From contig JAJQAM010000009.1 in assembly GCA_021203805.1 (NCBI GenBank), positions 38,212 to 102,211 on the forward strand: a stretch of DNA of 64,000 nucleotides. Direction: 5' to 3'. Positions 54,168 through 64,000 of the stretch are shown here, piece by piece (positions within the stretch are counted from its first letter, which is position 1; each line of letters begins with the position of its first letter). The stretch comes from Coprobacillus sp. Lineage in GTDB: Bacteria; Bacillota_I; Bacilli_A; RFN20; CAG-826. The notes beneath the pieces were generated by a model. The model was not told where the DNA came from and searched no databases. It saw only the letters and a list, made by a program, of their open reading frames with translations. Made by a program: the position numbers and the translations under genes.

Positions 54168-54196
54168 TTGACTCGCCCGGTCTAGTGGACATAAAT
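54168..54196 (+). promoter_or_regulatory. Sigma-A-type promoter of the rpsL-rpsG-fusA(-tuf) operon
   Basis: -35 TTGACT, 17-nt spacer, -10 ATAAAT, 16 nt upstream of the ATG with an AAAGGAGA RBS. Confidence 0.5.
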
Positions 54197-54212
54197 CTGA
54201 AAGGAGAAAGTC

Positions 54213-54632
54213 ATGCCAACAATTAATCAATTAGTTCGTGATGGTCGTAAGACGGCGACGGAGAAGTCAAAAGCTCCGGCTTTAGGCAAACGCTGGAACT
54301 CCCTTAAGAAAAAGGAAACTAACCAAGCCTGTTCTCAAAAGAGAGGTGTCTGTACTCGTGTGGGCACTATGACTCCAAAGAAACCAAACTCTGCGCTTAG
54401 AAAATACGCCCGTGTCAGATTATCAAATGGCTATGAAATTACCGCTTATATCGGGGGAGAAGGTCATAACCTTCAGGAACACTCCACCGTCCTTGTAAGA
54501 GGAGGAAGAGTGAAGGATCTTCCAGGCGTGAGATACCACATTATTCGTGGAACTCTTGACTGCGCTGGTATTGAAGCGAGAAGACAGGGAAGAAGCCTAT
54601 ACGGCACCAAAAAACCAAAAGATAACGACTAA
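54213..54632 (+). CDS. rpsL: 30S ribosomal protein S12
   Basis: [24 protein letters not shown]… is canonical S12. Confidence 0.95.
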   Translation: MPTINQLVRDGRKTATEKSKAPALGKRWNSLKKKETNQACSQKRGVCTRVGTMTPKKPNSALRKYARVRLSNGYEITAYIGGEGHNLQEHSTVLVRGGRVKDLPGVRYHIIRGTLDCAGIEARRQGRSLYGTKKPKDND

Positions 54633-54676
54633 TTTATATATAGATATATAACTAATAAATAAAGGAGGATTAAGAT

Positions 54677-55147
54677 ATGCCAAGAAAAGGTAGTGTAGAA
54701 AAACGTGATGTCCTTCCTGATCCAATTTATAATTCAAAACTCGTGACGAGATTAATTAATAAATTAATGATTGATGGAAAGAAAGGAACCGCGCAGAAGA
54801 TTCTATATAATGCTTTTGATCGTATCGAAGAGAAGACGGGAAAACCCGCAATGGACGTCTTCGCCACCGCGATTAATAACATCATGCCAGATGTCGAGCT
54901 TAAAACCAGAAGAATCGGTGCCACTAACTATCAGGTTCCTGTGGAAGTAAGTCCCGAAAGAAAAGTGACCCTTGGTTTAAGATGGCTAGTCACGTATGCT
55001 CGTTTACGTAACGAAAAGAGCATGGAAGAGAAACTAGCCGCTGAGATTATCGATGCCGCAAACGGCACCGGAGCCTCGGTGAAAAAGAGAGAAGATACCC
55101 ACAAGATGGCGGAAGCCAATAAAGCTTACGCTCATTATCGCTGGTAA
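54677..55147 (+). CDS. rpsG: 30S ribosomal protein S7
   Basis: [28 protein letters not shown]… is canonical S7. Confidence 0.95.
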   Translation: MPRKGSVEKRDVLPDPIYNSKLVTRLINKLMIDGKKGTAQKILYNAFDRIEEKTGKPAMDVFATAINNIMPDVELKTRRIGATNYQVPVEVSPERKVTLGLRWLVTYARLRNEKSMEEKLAAEIIDAANGTGASVKKREDTHKMAEANKAYAHYRW

Positions 55148-55156
55148 GGAGGATTT

Positions 55157-57241
55157 ATGGCACGTGAATACGATTTAGCCCATACCCGTAATATTGGGAT
55201 TATGGCTCATATTGATGCCGGTAAAACCACCATTACTGAAAGAATCCTCTACTATACCGGTAAGATTCATAAAATCGGTGAAGTCCACGAAGGACAAGCC
55301 ACTATGGACTGGATGGTCCAGGAGCAAGAAAGAGGTATTACCATTACCAGCGCCGCCACAACCGCGTTTTGGAAAGGAAACCGAATCAATATTATCGACA
55401 CTCCAGGGCACGTCGACTTTACCGTTGAAGTGGAAAGATCCCTCCGTGTCCTTGACGGCGCTATTGCCGTCCTAGACGGTAAAAACGGAGTGGAGCCCCA
55501 AACCGAGACCGTTTGGAGACAGGCCTCTAAATACGGAGTCCCTCGTCTTGTCTTCGTCAATAAGCTCGATGCTATTGGCGCCGACTATGAAATGAGCATC
55601 CGCTCCGTAAGAGAAAAACTTGGAGCGAAAGCGGAAGCGGTTCAATATCCAATTGGTATTGAATCCACACTTAAAGGCTGCATTGACCTCGTTGAGCAAA
55701 AAGCCTGGGTTTATACCTCAGACTTCCATGATGAGCCTCATGAAGAGCCTATCCCTGAAGAATATCTTCCTAAAGTCAAAGAGCTAAGAGCAAGGCTCTT
55801 TGAAACCCTTGCCTACTTTGACGATGATATTCTTATGATGGTCCTAGAAGGCGAAGAGCCTGACGCTGAGACCACCAAAAAAGTTATTCGTAAAGCGGTC
55901 CTAAGCGGCGAGTTCCATCCTGTCTTCTGCGGCTCTGCTTATAAGAATAAGAATATTCAGCTACTCCTTGACGGGGTGGTTGATTACCTCCCATCTCCAC
56001 TAGATATTCCTCCTGCTAAAGGAACGGATGATAGAGGTAACCCAGTTACCTGCGAAGTTGATGACAATGCTCCCCTTGGAGTCCTTGCCTTCAAGATTGC
56101 CACTGACCCCTTCATTGGTAGACTTACCTATGTCCGTGTCTATAGCGGTACTCTTCGCGCGGGAACTTATGTCCTTAACTCCACAAGAGGAGAAAAGGAA
56201 AGAATTGCAAGAGTAGTGCTCATGCACTCAAACCACCGTCAGGATGTTGATGCCCTTCATGCTGGTGATATCGGCGCGGTTGTGGGACTCAAAAATACCA
56301 CAACGGGTGATACACTTTGTGAAGAAGATCATCCCATCATCCTCGAAAAGATGGTCTTCCCTGACCCAGTTATTGAGCAGGCCGTTGAGCCAAAGACAAA
56401 ACTTGATCAAGAGAAGATGACCGCCGCTCTTAATAAACTCGCGGAAGAAGATCCAACCTTCAGAGTGAGAACTAACTCTGAAACCGGTCAGACGATTATC
56501 GCGGGTGTGGGTGAGCTTCATCTCGATATCATTGTTGATAGGCTTAGAAGAGAGTTTGGCGTTCAGGTCAATGTCGGCGCTCCTCAAGTTGAATATCGAG
56601 AGACGATTAAGACCATGGCGGAGTGCGAAGGTAAATACATCCGTCAAACTGGAGGACATGGTCAATACGGCCACGTTAAGATTAGGTTTGAGCCTAATCC
56701 TGGTAAAGGCTTTGAGTTTGTGGATAACATCATCGGAGGCGTCGTGCCTAAGGAATACATTAAGCCGACCAAAGACGGCCTAGAAGACGCTCTCACAAGA
56801 GGGCTTATCGCGGGCTTTCAGGTGATGGATATTAAAGCCACGTTATTCGATGGCTCTTACCACGAAGTTGACTCCTCGGAAATGGCCTATAAGATTGCTG
56901 CTTCCCTTGCGCTAAGAGAAGCCGCGAAGAAATGTGACCCCATTATCCTTGAGCCTATTATGGCGATTGAAGTCACCGTTCCTGAGCAGTACTACGGCGA
57001 TGTCATCGGTGATATCTCAAGAAGAAGAGGTAATGTCACCGGTGAACAGCAAAGAGCCAACGCTAAAATCATTGAAGCGGAAGTCCCACTTGCAGAGATG
57101 TTTGGCTATGTGACTGACCTAAGAAGCATGACTCAAGGCAGAGGAAATTACACCATGCAGTTTGATCACTATGGAGAAACCCCAAGGTTTATTCAGGAAG
57201 AGATCGTTAAAAAAGCGGGACAAGCGCAAAAAGATAATTAA
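55157..57241 (+). CDS. fusA: Elongation factor G
   Basis: G1 [10 protein letters not shown]3 DTPGH, G4 NKLD are present. Length is 694 aa. Confidence 0.95.
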   Translation: MAREYDLAHTRNIGIMAHIDAGKTTITERILYYTGKIHKIGEVHEGQATMDWMVQEQERGITITSAATTAFWKGNRINIIDTPGHVDFTVEVERSLRVLDGAIAVLDGKNGVEPQTETVWRQASKYGVPRLVFVNKLDAIGADYEMSIRSVREKLGAKAEAVQYPIGIESTLKGCIDLVEQKAWVYTSDFHDEPHEEPIPEEYLPKVKELRARLFETLAYFDDDILMMVLEGEEPDAETTKKVIRKAVLSGEFHPVFCGSAYKNKNIQLLLDGVVDYLPSPLDIPPAKGTDDRGNPVTCEVDDNAPLGVLAFKIATDPFIGRLTYVRVYSGTLRAGTYVLNSTRGEKERIARVVLMHSNHRQDVDALHAGDIGAVVGLKNTTTGDTLCEEDHPIILEKMVFPDPVIEQAVEPKTKLDQEKMTAALNKLAEEDPTFRVRTNSETGQTIIAGVGELHLDIIVDRLRREFGVQVNVGAPQVEYRETIKTMAECEGKYIRQTGGHGQYGHVKIRFEPNPGKGFEFVDNIIGGVVPKEYIKPTKDGLEDALTRGLIAGFQVMDIKATLFDGSYHEVDSSEMAYKIAASLALREAAKKCDPIILEPIMAIEVTVPEQYYGDVIGDISRRRGNVTGEQQRANAKIIEAEVPLAEMFGYVTDLRSMTQGRGNYTMQFDHYGETPRFIQEEIVKKAGQAQKDN

Positions 57242-57258
57242 TTATTCCATAGGGAATA

Positions 57259-57287
57259 TTGATTATAAATATGAAATGCTTTAAAAT
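57259..57287 (+). promoter_or_regulatory. Internal sigma-A-type promoter upstream of tuf
   Basis: -35 TTGATT, 17-nt spacer, -10 TAAAAT in the fusA-tuf spacer. Confidence 0.45.
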
Positions 57288-57329
57288 GAAGAATACGCAA
57301 AGTTACAAATTTGAAAGGAGATATTAATC

Positions 57330-58514
57330 ATGGCAAAAGCAAAATTTGACAGATCTAAAGAGCACGTTAATATCGGTACTATTGGCCACGTTGACCATGG
57401 TAAAACCACATTAACTGCGGCGATTACTTCTGTTTTATCCAAGACAGGCGGCGCTGTTAAGACTTCCTACGAGCAAATTGACTCCGCTCCAGAAGAGAAG
57501 GCTCGTGGTATTACGATTAATACCGCTCACATCGAGTACTCCACCGCGAAACGTCACTATGCCCACGTTGACTGCCCAGGGCACGCTGACTATGTCAAAA
57601 ATATGATTACTGGTGCGGCTCAGATGGATGGTGCCATCCTCGTTGTCGCCGCTACCGACGGCGTTATGCCTCAGACTAGAGAGCACATTCTTCTCGCTCG
57701 TCAGGTTGGAGTGCCTTATATCATTGTCTATATCAATAAGACTGATATGGTGGATGATGATGAGCTTCTCGACTTAGTTGAGATGGATGTCCGTGACCTA
57801 CTTAACCAGTACGGTTTCCCTGGAGACGAAGTTCCAGTCATTCGTGGATCTGCGAAGAAAGCCCTTGAAGGTGATCCCGCGGAAGAAAAGAAGATTCTCG
57901 ATCTTCTCGATGCCTGTGATACCTATATTCCTACTCCAGTCCGTGAAATCGATAAGCCATTCCTTCTTGCTATTGAAGACACCATGACCATTCAAGGCCG
58001 TGGTACTGTTGTTACCGGCCGTGTGGAAAGAGGAACCGCTCACCTCGGTGAAGAAGTCGAAATCGTTGGTATTAAACCCACCATCAAATCCGTTATTACT
58101 GGTCTTGAGTCCTTTAGAAAGACTCTTGATGAAGCTCGTGCTGGTGATAACATTGGTGTCTTACTCCGTGGCGTTAACCGTGATCAGGTCCAAAGAGGAC
58201 AAGTCCTTGCTAAACCTGGCACCGTGACTCCTCACACCAAATTCAAAGGTCAGGTCTATGTCCTTACCAAAGAAGAGGGTGGACGTCACACCGCATTCCT
58301 CTCTAACTATCGTCCTCAGTTCTACTTCCGTACTACTGATGTCACTGGAGTGATTACTCTTCCAGCGGGCGTAGAGATGGTGATGCCTGGTGATAACGTT
58401 GAGCTTACCGTTGAGCTCATTCACCCAATTGCCCTTGAAAAAGGCACGAAGTTCTCTATCCGTGAAGGTGGTCACACCGTAGGAGCGGGAACTGTTAACG
58501 AAATCTTAAAGTAA
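57330..58514 (+). CDS. tuf: Elongation factor Tu
   Basis: [18 protein letters not shown] are present. Length is 394 aa. Confidence 0.95.
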   Translation: MAKAKFDRSKEHVNIGTIGHVDHGKTTLTAAITSVLSKTGGAVKTSYEQIDSAPEEKARGITINTAHIEYSTAKRHYAHVDCPGHADYVKNMITGAAQMDGAILVVAATDGVMPQTREHILLARQVGVPYIIVYINKTDMVDDDELLDLVEMDVRDLLNQYGFPGDEVPVIRGSAKKALEGDPAEEKKILDLLDACDTYIPTPVREIDKPFLLAIEDTMTIQGRGTVVTGRVERGTAHLGEEVEIVGIKPTIKSVITGLESFRKTLDEARAGDNIGVLLRGVNRDQVQRGQVLAKPGTVTPHTKFKGQVYVLTKEEGGRHTAFLSNYRPQFYFRTTDVTGVITLPAGVEMVMPGDNVELTVELIHPIALEKGTKFSIREGGHTVGAGTVNEILK

Positions 58515-58537
58515 GATTTAGTTAATTAATTAGAATT

Positions 58538-58566
58538 AAACCCTAGCGACGAACTAGGGTTTTTGT
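58538..58566 (+). terminator. Rho-independent terminator after tuf
   Basis: aaaccctag-cgacgaa-ctagggttttt. Confidence 0.65.
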
Positions 58567-58700
58567 ATATTTAGATAAAAATATCGAGAATATTTAAATT
58601 TTTAGATATTTTTGCTTAAAAATACCTAAATAAAATTATAATTATATCGAAATAATGTAGTTATTTAGATAAATATATGCTAAAATACCTAGATAGTAAA
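58567..58700. repeat. AT-rich region with imperfect direct repeats upstream of fic
   Basis: Repeat R1, tatttagataaa(a)atat, occurs at 58569-58584 and 58662-58678. Repeat R2, gct(t)aaaa(a)tacctaRata, occurs at 58613-58634 and 58678-58700. A ttttagatattttt relative lies between them. Confidence 0.4.
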
Positions 58701-58713
58701 GAATTAAGATAAT

Positions 58714-59784
58714 ATGCATAAATTTGATTATTCATTTCTTAAAGATTTTCCCACAAACGCGACACTATTAAACTATCTTAGAACTATATATGAGGTAAAA
58801 GGAAAAGAGCCCTTTTATAAAGAAAAATATAGTTCTGTCATTGATAAGCTTTCACGTATCGCCGTTTTTGAGTCTGTAAAAACATCTAACGCTATTGAAG
58901 GTATCTATAGCACCGATACAAGAATTAAAAAACTTATTGAAACTGATGCTGCTCCTAAAAGTCATGATGAAGCGAACATTAAAGGCTACCAATTAGTGCT
59001 TAATCTTATTCACTCTGATCATGAAAATTTAGATTTTTGCGAAAAAGATGTCCTTGGTTTTCATAGTCTTTTGCTTAGTCTTACTAACGAAAATGATAGC
59101 GTGAGAGGGGTCTATAAGCCTTATAACAACTTTATTTCAGGATATGATAAGGACACTAATGAAAGAGTTATTGTATGGAATCCTGTGAGCGCTATTGACA
59201 CGCCGGTGGCTATGGAACAACTTTATCTTGCTTTTATGGACGCGAGAAGTGATGGCGAAATTAATAATCTAGTATTAATCCCCTGTGTTATTCTAGATTT
59301 TCTTTGTGTTCACCCTTTCCTTGATGGGAACGGAAGAATATCCCGCTTAATCACAAATCTTCTTTTGTACCAATCTGATATCGATATTCAAAAATATGTT
59401 TCCTTTGAAGAACTTATTAATGAGAATAAGGATGATTATTATAAAGCCTTAAGAGAATCATCGGTGGGTTGGCACGAGAATAATAATGACTATATGCCTT
59501 TTATCATGTATTTCTTTGAAATACTTTGGCGATGTTATCAAAAGTTTGATGATAAATTTAAGAAAATAGAGAATTGTGAAAATAATAAATCAAGACAAAT
59601 TGAAGATTTAATTATGTCCTCTTCTATTCCTTTATCAAATGCGGAAATATCCTCTTTACTTTTAGATGTCTCGAGTAATACAGTGGCTGCTGTAATAAAA
59701 AAGTTACTTAAAGAAAATAAGATTATCAAAATTGGAACCACCAAGGGAGCAACTTATATAAGAAATAAGGAGTATAAAGGTTAA
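58714..59784 (+). CDS. Fic-family protein (class II, with an N-terminal inhibitory-helix motif), probable AMP-transferase
   Basis: FIC motif HPFLDGNGRISR (HxFx[D/E]GNGR). An N-terminal …KTSNAIEGIYS… matches the [S/T]xxxE[G/N] alpha-inh motif. A C-terminal winged-helix-like tail is present. Length is 356 aa. Confidence 0.8.
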   Translation: MHKFDYSFLKDFPTNATLLNYLRTIYEVKGKEPFYKEKYSSVIDKLSRIAVFESVKTSNAIEGIYSTDTRIKKLIETDAAPKSHDEANIKGYQLVLNLIHSDHENLDFCEKDVLGFHSLLLSLTNENDSVRGVYKPYNNFISGYDKDTNERVIVWNPVSAIDTPVAMEQLYLAFMDARSDGEINNLVLIPCVILDFLCVHPFLDGNGRISRLITNLLLYQSDIDIQKYVSFEELINENKDDYYKALRESSVGWHENNNDYMPFIMYFFEILWRCYQKFDDKFKKIENCENNKSRQIEDLIMSSSIPLSNAEISSLLLDVSSNTVAAVIKKLLKENKIIKIGTTKGATYIRNKEYKG

Positions 59785-59794
59785 TAATATAGAC

Positions 59795-60919
59795 ATGCCT
59801 AAGGATGATATAGAGCTTTACGATAAATACGGCCAAGAAACAAGGCCAAATGAGATAAATATTAATCCCCTTAAGAAAGGAAGAAGGATTCTTGTTTTTC
59901 TCGCGGACTTTTTTATTAATCTCATTATGGCAATGCTTCTTATGAATATCGCGGTGATGCCGATTACTAAAGCCGCAGGTCACTATAAGGACTATTCCAC
60001 TGAGATGTATGATAGGCAGCTAGATATCGCGGATATCCTTAGGGGAAATGGTCTTCTCTACTACGAAGACGTTAATGATAAAGCCTATCTAGAAAATAGT
60101 GAGTATTACACCGCGACTAAATTCATTGAGTATTATGTTACGGGAGAAGGCGAGGAATACGATATCTTTAAGACTTACTACATAGATATAAGAGAGGACA
60201 CTGCTACCTATTTAAATATCTACTCTGACTCTATCTATTTTGAAGTAGTGGATGACTCTCCTAAGCTCTATGACGAATATATAGAGCTTCTTTCCCCGCT
60301 ATATACCGTGGGAGACTCTCCCTCTAACGCTGGAGAAGAGCTCTATGATGATATTATTGAGGACTTCTTTTACCTTGCTTTTGACGATATGGTGGAAGAT
60401 ATCGCAATAAATGATCTAAGCTATAACGGAATGTCCTATAACAAGATTGACGAAAGGATGGAATACCTTGTTGGGCAGATTGACACGCTAGTGGTTATAG
60501 CGACTTATGTCACGTATTTTATCACTACGCTTGTCTGTTATTTAGTCATTCCACTCTGTAATAAACACGGAAAAACGATTGCGATGCTTATCATGCACGC
60601 TGAGAGAGTGGGCACTAATAATCTCTATTTAGTCCGTAAGGGAGAGGTCGCTATTAACTCTATTTATTCTCTTATTTCTAACCTTGCCTTTATCATGTTT
60701 ATCGGTTGGCCCACGGTTAACTTTAACTATTTATTTGGACTAGGAGGGGGTCAGTTTGTTATATTAACCGCGATTTCACTAATCATCCTACTTATTTCCC
60801 TTATTGTTTTACTATTTTCTAAATTCAATCAATCATTATTTGATAAACTCTCAAGAAGTGTTTTAATATCTACGGACTCTCTTGATGAGATATATAGAGC
60901 TGAAGGATATAAACTATGA
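59795..60919 (+). CDS. RDD-family-like membrane protein with a ~200-aa insertion between TM1 and TM2/3 (paralogue 1)
   Basis: N-terminal …KKGRRILVFLADFFINLIMAMLL… gives an R…D…N TM1. The C-terminal …IPLCNKHGKTIAMLIMHAERVG… matches the RDD GxTxGKxxxGxxVV block. The Tyr/Asp/Glu-rich middle domain is predicted to be extracytoplasmic. Confidence 0.5.
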   Translation: MPKDDIELYDKYGQETRPNEININPLKKGRRILVFLADFFINLIMAMLLMNIAVMPITKAAGHYKDYSTEMYDRQLDIADILRGNGLLYYEDVNDKAYLENSEYYTATKFIEYYVTGEGEEYDIFKTYYIDIREDTATYLNIYSDSIYFEVVDDSPKLYDEYIELLSPLYTVGDSPSNAGEELYDDIIEDFFYLAFDDMVEDIAINDLSYNGMSYNKIDERMEYLVGQIDTLVVIATYVTYFITTLVCYLVIPLCNKHGKTIAMLIMHAERVGTNNLYLVRKGEVAINSIYSLISNLAFIMFIGWPTVNFNYLFGLGGGQFVILTAISLIILLISLIVLLFSKFNQSLFDKLSRSVLISTDSLDEIYRAEGYKL

Positions 60920-61977
60920 GTGAAGATGACGTCTATAAATTTGATAACTTCGGCTTTGAAAGCGAGAAGAAAAAAGAAGAGAAGATTAAGATAGAATACG
61001 CTAATCCAAAGTTTTGGAGACGCGTTATGGCCGGTCTTATCGATCTATTAATCTTAGTAGTGGTCTTTATTATTATCTTTGTATCCGCTAGAGCGATAGT
61101 GGTCTCCACTGATACCTATAAAGAAAATAATGAAGAGCTAACCGCCGCGAGAGTGGAGTCAGGTCTATATCGAGACGACCCTGACTGGGGCATGATTGAT
61201 ATCATTAGCTATCTTAATAGAATGGATCTTTCTGGATGGAATAGAATGAGTCAGGCGCAAAGCGCGGTTAATACTTTCCTCTCCTTTTGCGACGAGAGAT
61301 GCGACGAAGAAACCGCTAGGACGCTAAGGGATGACTACGACGCCGCTAGACTCAGTGATAACTTTACTGATAACTACGGCAATCACTATTTCATCGTAGA
61401 TGAAAATGGGAATATAGCAATAAATGATGTGGCCTACGCTAATGTCACCGCTCAGGGATATTTTGATAACTTCTATACCTATTATATTGATGAAGTTCTT
61501 CAGGGCTATCTAGTTATCGCGGTGCCTAACTACTATGACCTCACTAAGTATATGTCTAATGTCTTAATATACGCGGAGATACTGCCTGCTTTCCTCATCT
61601 CAGGTGTCTTAGTGTATTATGTTCCTACGCTTATATTTAAAAAAGGAAGAAAGACAATTGGGAAACTCGCTTATCATATTGGGACAGTGGATAAGCGCCT
61701 TCTTAATCCAACCTGGAAAAGAAACCTCGCTCGTTTCCTTATTTTCTACTTTTTTATCTATATTCTCTCTGTCTTTACTTTTGCGATTCCCGTTATCATC
61801 TCTTTCTCTATGATGGCGTTTTCCCGAAACAAACAGGGGTTTCCAGATTTCTGTCTCAATCTCGCGGATGTCTCCACTAGAGAAAACGATATTTTTAATG
61901 ACTATAGCGAAGTTAAAGTAGGAAAAATGGACACAAGTAAAGAGCCTGTAAATTTTTCTCGTAGAGACTTGAATTAA
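60916..61977 (+). CDS. RDD-family membrane protein with a large inserted domain (paralogue 2)
   Basis: ATGA-coupled to paralogue 1. TM1 is FWRRVMAGLIDLLILVVVFIII (R, then D). The block …PTLIFKKGRKTIGKLAYHIGTVD… is present. It shares the same architecture as 59795-60919. Confidence 0.6.
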   Translation: MSEDDVYKFDNFGFESEKKKEEKIKIEYANPKFWRRVMAGLIDLLILVVVFIIIFVSARAIVVSTDTYKENNEELTAARVESGLYRDDPDWGMIDIISYLNRMDLSGWNRMSQAQSAVNTFLSFCDERCDEETARTLRDDYDAARLSDNFTDNYGNHYFIVDENGNIAINDVAYANVTAQGYFDNFYTYYIDEVLQGYLVIAVPNYYDLTKYMSNVLIYAEILPAFLISGVLVYYVPTLIFKKGRKTIGKLAYHIGTVDKRLLNPTWKRNLARFLIFYFFIYILSVFTFAIPVIISFSMMAFSRNKQGFPDFCLNLADVSTRENDIFNDYSEVKVGKMDTSKEPVNFSRRDLN

Positions 61978-62092
61978 AATAATAATTATTTTAGAATAAT
62001 ACCTGGTGAGTGGAGATGTTAAAAAATAACTATCTAAAAACCCAGGAAAATATGACTATTCTTCTTTTAGTAAAGGAGGGTAGATAACTTAT

Positions 62093-64000
62093 ATGACAAA
62101 TAGGAAGATAGGCGCAGGCATTATATCTTCTTTTTTTGTTTTTTTGTGTGTCTGCACGGGATGCTCAAATACCGCTAGTAGCGATAATGTCTTAGCCCCC
62201 GCTAAATACGCAAATGGGGACACACTTGATCCAATTCAAAAGACCAATCCTGAGTCCGAGGAGCTTGAGCTTTTATTCCCAGGTAGCGATGAGGCAAATG
62301 AAATAGATAACGAAGATTTAACTATTAGCATTTCAACCTCTACCACCACCCCAACAAGCCAAAGCTATACCGCTTCTTTCTCCTCTCAGACCACAATTTA
62401 TTCTGGTAATAACTCTACTAATAGAACTATCTTTATCGCTCTTGATGACCCCGTTAGTCTTGAAGATCTTCCCACTGAAAGTGAAAGACTTGAAGGCCTT
62501 GAGGAAGGGGAAGAAGATGCTGGTCCTGAAGCTTTAACCGGCTATGTTTTCTCAATCACTGCTGGAGTAAGCGATCCCATTATTCCTTATCAGTATTATT
62601 ACGGCTCACGTGCTAACATCGATATCACCTCCATCGGTTCTGATATTGTGGAAGAAGATGCGGTAGACTCCATTAATTCTATTTATATTCCTTCTTCTAT
62701 TGAGACCATTGATCCTAATGCCTTCACTAACCTAACGGGTAAAGGTGTAACCTTTAAACTTGGCTTTGATGAATCTGATAAAGATAGTTTCTTCTTTGAC
62801 CCAGATGAAGTCTTCCCTTCTGGATGCACAGTTGTCTATGAAGGTAACGCCGCTGAAGACCGCCGCCAAGGAATCTCTACCACCAAGACCAGCTCTAAAG
62901 ATGTTGACTTATATGTTGGTAGTGAGGAGACCTTTACTAAAGAAGGCTATGTTTATAGCGATGATTTAAGACTTGGACTTCAATATGATGTTTATAACGA
63001 AGAGGGCTCATATATTGAGACCCGTCTTACCTATTTCCCTGTCAGCAGCACTAACAGTAATTCTGATACCATAGGCAAAAACATGGGCCAGACAAGTCTT
63101 GTTATGTATTTTGATATCGATATGGGTGAGGGTGAGAAGATCAATAATGAATCTCTCGTCTTCTTTAACATATATTTTGCATCTAATGATTATAGTGAGA
63201 CTGGGGGTAATTATTTCTATCCAGATCTTCAATATCCGTATACGGATGAAGACACTGGAGAATTATTACACACGTATGGACAGATGTACTGCATTCCAAG
63301 ATTATCCTACTCTATTGAGGATGATATTTCTAACTACATTGACTACTCATTTAATTCCCTCAATACCTTCTCTGGATACTCCGCTTTTGTGATGAATGTC
63401 AAAAAAGTGGACTATGATGTTTATCCAAATCTTAAAAAGTCAACTTATCAGAATAACCTTTCTAGCATTGAAGACGGCACTCTTCAGATTAGATATCGTT
63501 TAACCTCGCTTAATTCCGCTTACTACCGAATTGGCTATATTAATGAAGACGGAGAACTCGACACTATTGATTTAAAAGTGGACACTCCAGTGGCCTACTC
63601 TAAAATCAATACCAAGAGAAACAATGAATTATCCTTCCTCATTCACAATAAGGATATCTATAAAGGCTTTAAAGTCAGTGATATTAGAAGTGTGGATATT
63701 GTTGGTCTAAGGATCACAATTGATTTATATAATAAATCTCGTAACTCAATTGTCTCTAAATCAAGTGTGGAAACGAGGTTTGGCATAGTTAATGTCATGG
63801 ACTATACGGAAGTTGCTCCGTCCTTTACAAATATTAATCTTATTCTTATCCTATTATTCGTTGGCTATACGGTAGTGTTCCTAGCAGCAACCCTTGGACT
63901 ATACTTCTACCGTAAGAATAAATTCAAAAACGATGAATTTAGAAGGATGAACACCCGTAAATTCATCAATCAAGCTATTATTGCTTATATCTTTATAGGC
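62093..64000 (+). CDS. Large surface lipoprotein, 3' end outside the window, with a C-terminal TM anchor
   Basis: ATG at 62093 with an AAAGGAGGG RBS. Signal peptide is MTNRKIGAGIISSFFVFLCVCTGCSN… with Cys-containing lipobox-like sequence. My manual translation in this frame stays open to position 64000. Near the end there is a hydrophobic helix NINLILILLFVGYTVVFLAATLGLYFY followed by RKNKFK. The ORF is absent from the track because there is no in-window stop. The track's 62760 and 63099 ORFs are in another frame. Confidence 0.5.
   Translation, partial: MTNRKIGAGIISSFFVFLCVCTGCSNTASSDNVLAPAKYANGDTLDPIQKTNPESEELELLFPGSDEANEIDNEDLTISISTSTTTPTSQSYTASFSSQTTIYSGNNSTNRTIFIALDDPVSLEDLPTESERLEGLEEGEEDAGPEALTGYVFSITAGVSDPIIPYQYYYGSRANIDITSIGSDIVEEDAVDSINSIYIPSSIETIDPNAFTNLTGKGVTFKLGFDESDKDSFFFDPDEVFPSGCTVVYEGNAAEDRRQGISTTKTSSKDVDLYVGSEETFTKEGYVYSDDLRLGLQYDVYNEEGSYIETRLTYFPVSSTNSNSDTIGKNMGQTSLVMYFDIDMGEGEKINNESLVFFNIYFASNDYSETGGNYFYPDLQYPYTDEDTGELLHTYGQMYCIPRLSYSIEDDISNYIDYSFNSLNTFSGYSAFVMNVKKVDYDVYPNLKKSTYQNNLSSIEDGTLQIRYRLTSLNSAYYRIGYINEDGELDTIDLKVDTPVAYSKINTKRNNELSFLIHNKDIYKGFKVSDIRSVDIVGLRITIDLYNKSRNSIVSKSSVETRFGIVNVMDYTEVAPSFTNINLILILLFVGYTVVFLAATLGLYFYRKNKFKNDEFRRMNTRKFINQAIIAYIFIG

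Noticed and set aside
58714-59784. Fic as the toxin of a FicT/FicA toxin-antitoxin pair
   Set aside because: The inhibitory SxxxEG motif is in the same polypeptide, making it class II. There is no small upstream antitoxin ORF.
62760-63392. Track ORFs 62760-62969 and 63099-63392 (+)
   Set aside because: They are in a different frame from the long lipoprotein ORF starting at 62093. That ORF has RBS, signal peptide and C-terminal TM, and runs off the window end. These two are short out-of-frame artefacts.

Overview
This 64-kb window looks like core chromosome from a low-GC (~35% GC) Firmicutes/Tenericutes-like bacterium, probably Acholeplasma- or Erysipelotrichia-like. It uses TGA as a stop codon, not as Trp as in Mycoplasma: TGA ends tsaE and rimI within ATGA overlaps and ends the lipase gene at 27997. 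The genome is compact, with many ATGA/TAATG start-stop overlaps and GTG starts. Gene order, left to right:
- An opp oligopeptide ABC operon (oppB, 5'-truncated by the window edge, then oppC, oppD, oppF) followed by a translationally coupled BspA-type LRR surface protein.
- A GT4 glycosyltransferase on the minus strand and ung.
- A clear TPP riboswitch in front of an N-terminally extended ThiT.
- A DUF402/Ntdp gene followed by tsaE, tsaB, rimI and tsaD, then asnS.
- A convergent cluster of three uncharacterised membrane proteins.
- A thioredoxin-like lipoprotein, then pcrA, ligA, gatC, gatA, gatB, galE and an alpha/beta hydrolase.
- tRNA-Arg(CCT), a nitroreductase on the minus strand, and tRNA-Ala(GGC).
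- A second GT4, then a CarD-like regulator, a tyrosine phosphatase, a HAD hydrolase and a sirtuin (cobB), the last three on the minus strand.
- smpB, folC and a fused MacB-type ABC transporter.
- rpmG, secE and nusG, then ktrA/ktrB-type potassium-uptake genes on the minus strand inserted before rplK, rplA, rplJ, rplL, rpoB and rpoC.
- A flavin-reductase-like gene on the minus strand, a Cof-type HAD hydrolase and a GH13 amylase-family lipoprotein.
- A 33-bp tandem repeat and a sigma-A-like promoter in front of rpsL, rpsG, fusA and tuf.
- A class II Fic protein, two tandem paralogous RDD-family membrane proteins with a large inserted domain, and the start of a large lipoprotein running off the window.

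Most of the window is housekeeping. I found no recognisable defence island, CRISPR array, prophage or transposase. The most unusual items are:
- the TPP riboswitch with an N-extended ThiT;
- the LRR protein coupled to opp;
- the three-gene membrane cluster;
- the tandem repeat in front of the rpsL operon;
- the Fic / RDD / RDD / lipoprotein block.
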